From Pseudomonadales bacterium (GTDB lineage Bacteria; Pseudomonadota; Gammaproteobacteria; Pseudomonadales; IMCC2047), in NCBI GenBank assembly GCA_965230515.1, contig OZ246007.1, positions 3,251,012-3,315,011 on the forward strand: DNA of 64,000 bases, in the 5' to 3' direction. The translations under genes and the position numbers were made by a program. The first letter of the stretch is position 1. Each line of letters begins with the position of its first letter. The notes under the pieces are model-generated. The model worked only from the letters and a program-made list of their open reading frames with translations, ran no database searches and was not told the origin of the DNA. This document shows, piece by piece, positions 63,514 through 64,000 of the stretch.

Positions 63514-64000
63514 GTATTTGCGTGGTGAGTTATTGCATATTGATATGAACGTTATTGGCTGCCGAATGAGTTGATGCACGAGCCAAAGTAAAAATGATGA
63601 AAAACTTTCCTGGATCTGGCCGTTAATTGTCAGAGCACTGGTTACCGTATTATACGGATACCAATTTTTAATGTTCTTCCACAATAGTGATAGCCAATAC
63701 CGGACTGTAGCAGGGACATCTGGGTATGTGCCGCATGACATTTTATTGATTGCCCCAGGTGTCTTTAAAACAGTTACGCTTGTATGGTGCTTATCGCCTC
63801 GATATTGGATGATATAGAGGTGCAGGGGTTATTAGGTTGTGCGCTGTTGATGCTATTACTACTTTTTGTGGTGTTCCGGCCAATACCAGTTTTACATAGT
63901 TGATATATGATGGGATAGATATTTATGCGAACAAGTACGCTAGAGTCTATGGACGTATTTTGGAGAGGACGAATAAGGGTTGTTGCTCATTAATCGGTAT

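Noticed and set aside
63514-64000. Terminal 0.5 kb, including the 79-aa minus ORF (63502-63741) and a short ORF at 63925.
   Set aside because: No SD, no recognisable motifs and AT-rich composition. It cannot be interpreted without the downstream sequence.

Overview
This 64-kb window is almost fully coding and reads as the cargo arm of a proteobacterial (probably gamma-) integrative conjugative element (ICE). All family calls come from motif recognition by eye; no database search was run. (1) 1-4.6 kb holds the last genes of an ICEclc/PAPI-1-type (MPF-G) conjugation apparatus, ending in a TraG_N-like protein. (2) 4.6-31.9 kb is visibly more AT-rich and carries a stacked heavy-metal island. It starts with a nine-gene minus-strand operon: SmtB/ArsR repressor, short CDF, two CzcI-like Cys/His proteins, an unknown secreted protein, CzcCBA and a PII-like protein. 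A frameshifted transposase remnant follows. The plus-strand copper genes are a third CzcI-like gene with a paralogous unknown secreted protein, DUF411/CopG, a cupredoxin, a fourth CzcI-like gene, a porin, a dihaem cytochrome c, a lipoprotein and CusCBA (the CusB is CusF-fused with a Met/His repeat tail). Then come a MerR regulator behind a textbook 19-bp-spacer operator, a CopA P1B-ATPase, a cupredoxin-like protein, a second PII-like protein, DUF2933, an ICMT-like methyltransferase and a Met-rich periplasmic protein. (3) 32-63.5 kb holds 29 co-directional, often translationally coupled genes with no mobility genes. They are: AMP/thymidine-phosphorylase-like + divergent PRPP-synthetase-like + beta-CASP nuclease; a permease; PhaC-FabI-MaoC/Pta-AckA-phosphoketolase-orphan Rieske; HflK-HflC-YHS protein-FtsH; MgtC/DUF4010-LemA-TPM-TPM; GAPDH; CFA synthase-ICMT-PLD/cardiolipin synthase-fatty acid cis/trans isomerase; an antiporter and a channel. 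I read block 3 as a transferable energy-starvation/low-oxygen survival and membrane-remodelling island. The two most novel-looking pieces are the nuclease/nucleotide-phosphorolysis operon, which hypothetically feeds the phosphoketolase-acetate kinase branch, and the recurrent CzcI-like + unknown secreted protein cassette. No rRNA, tRNA or CRISPR array was seen.
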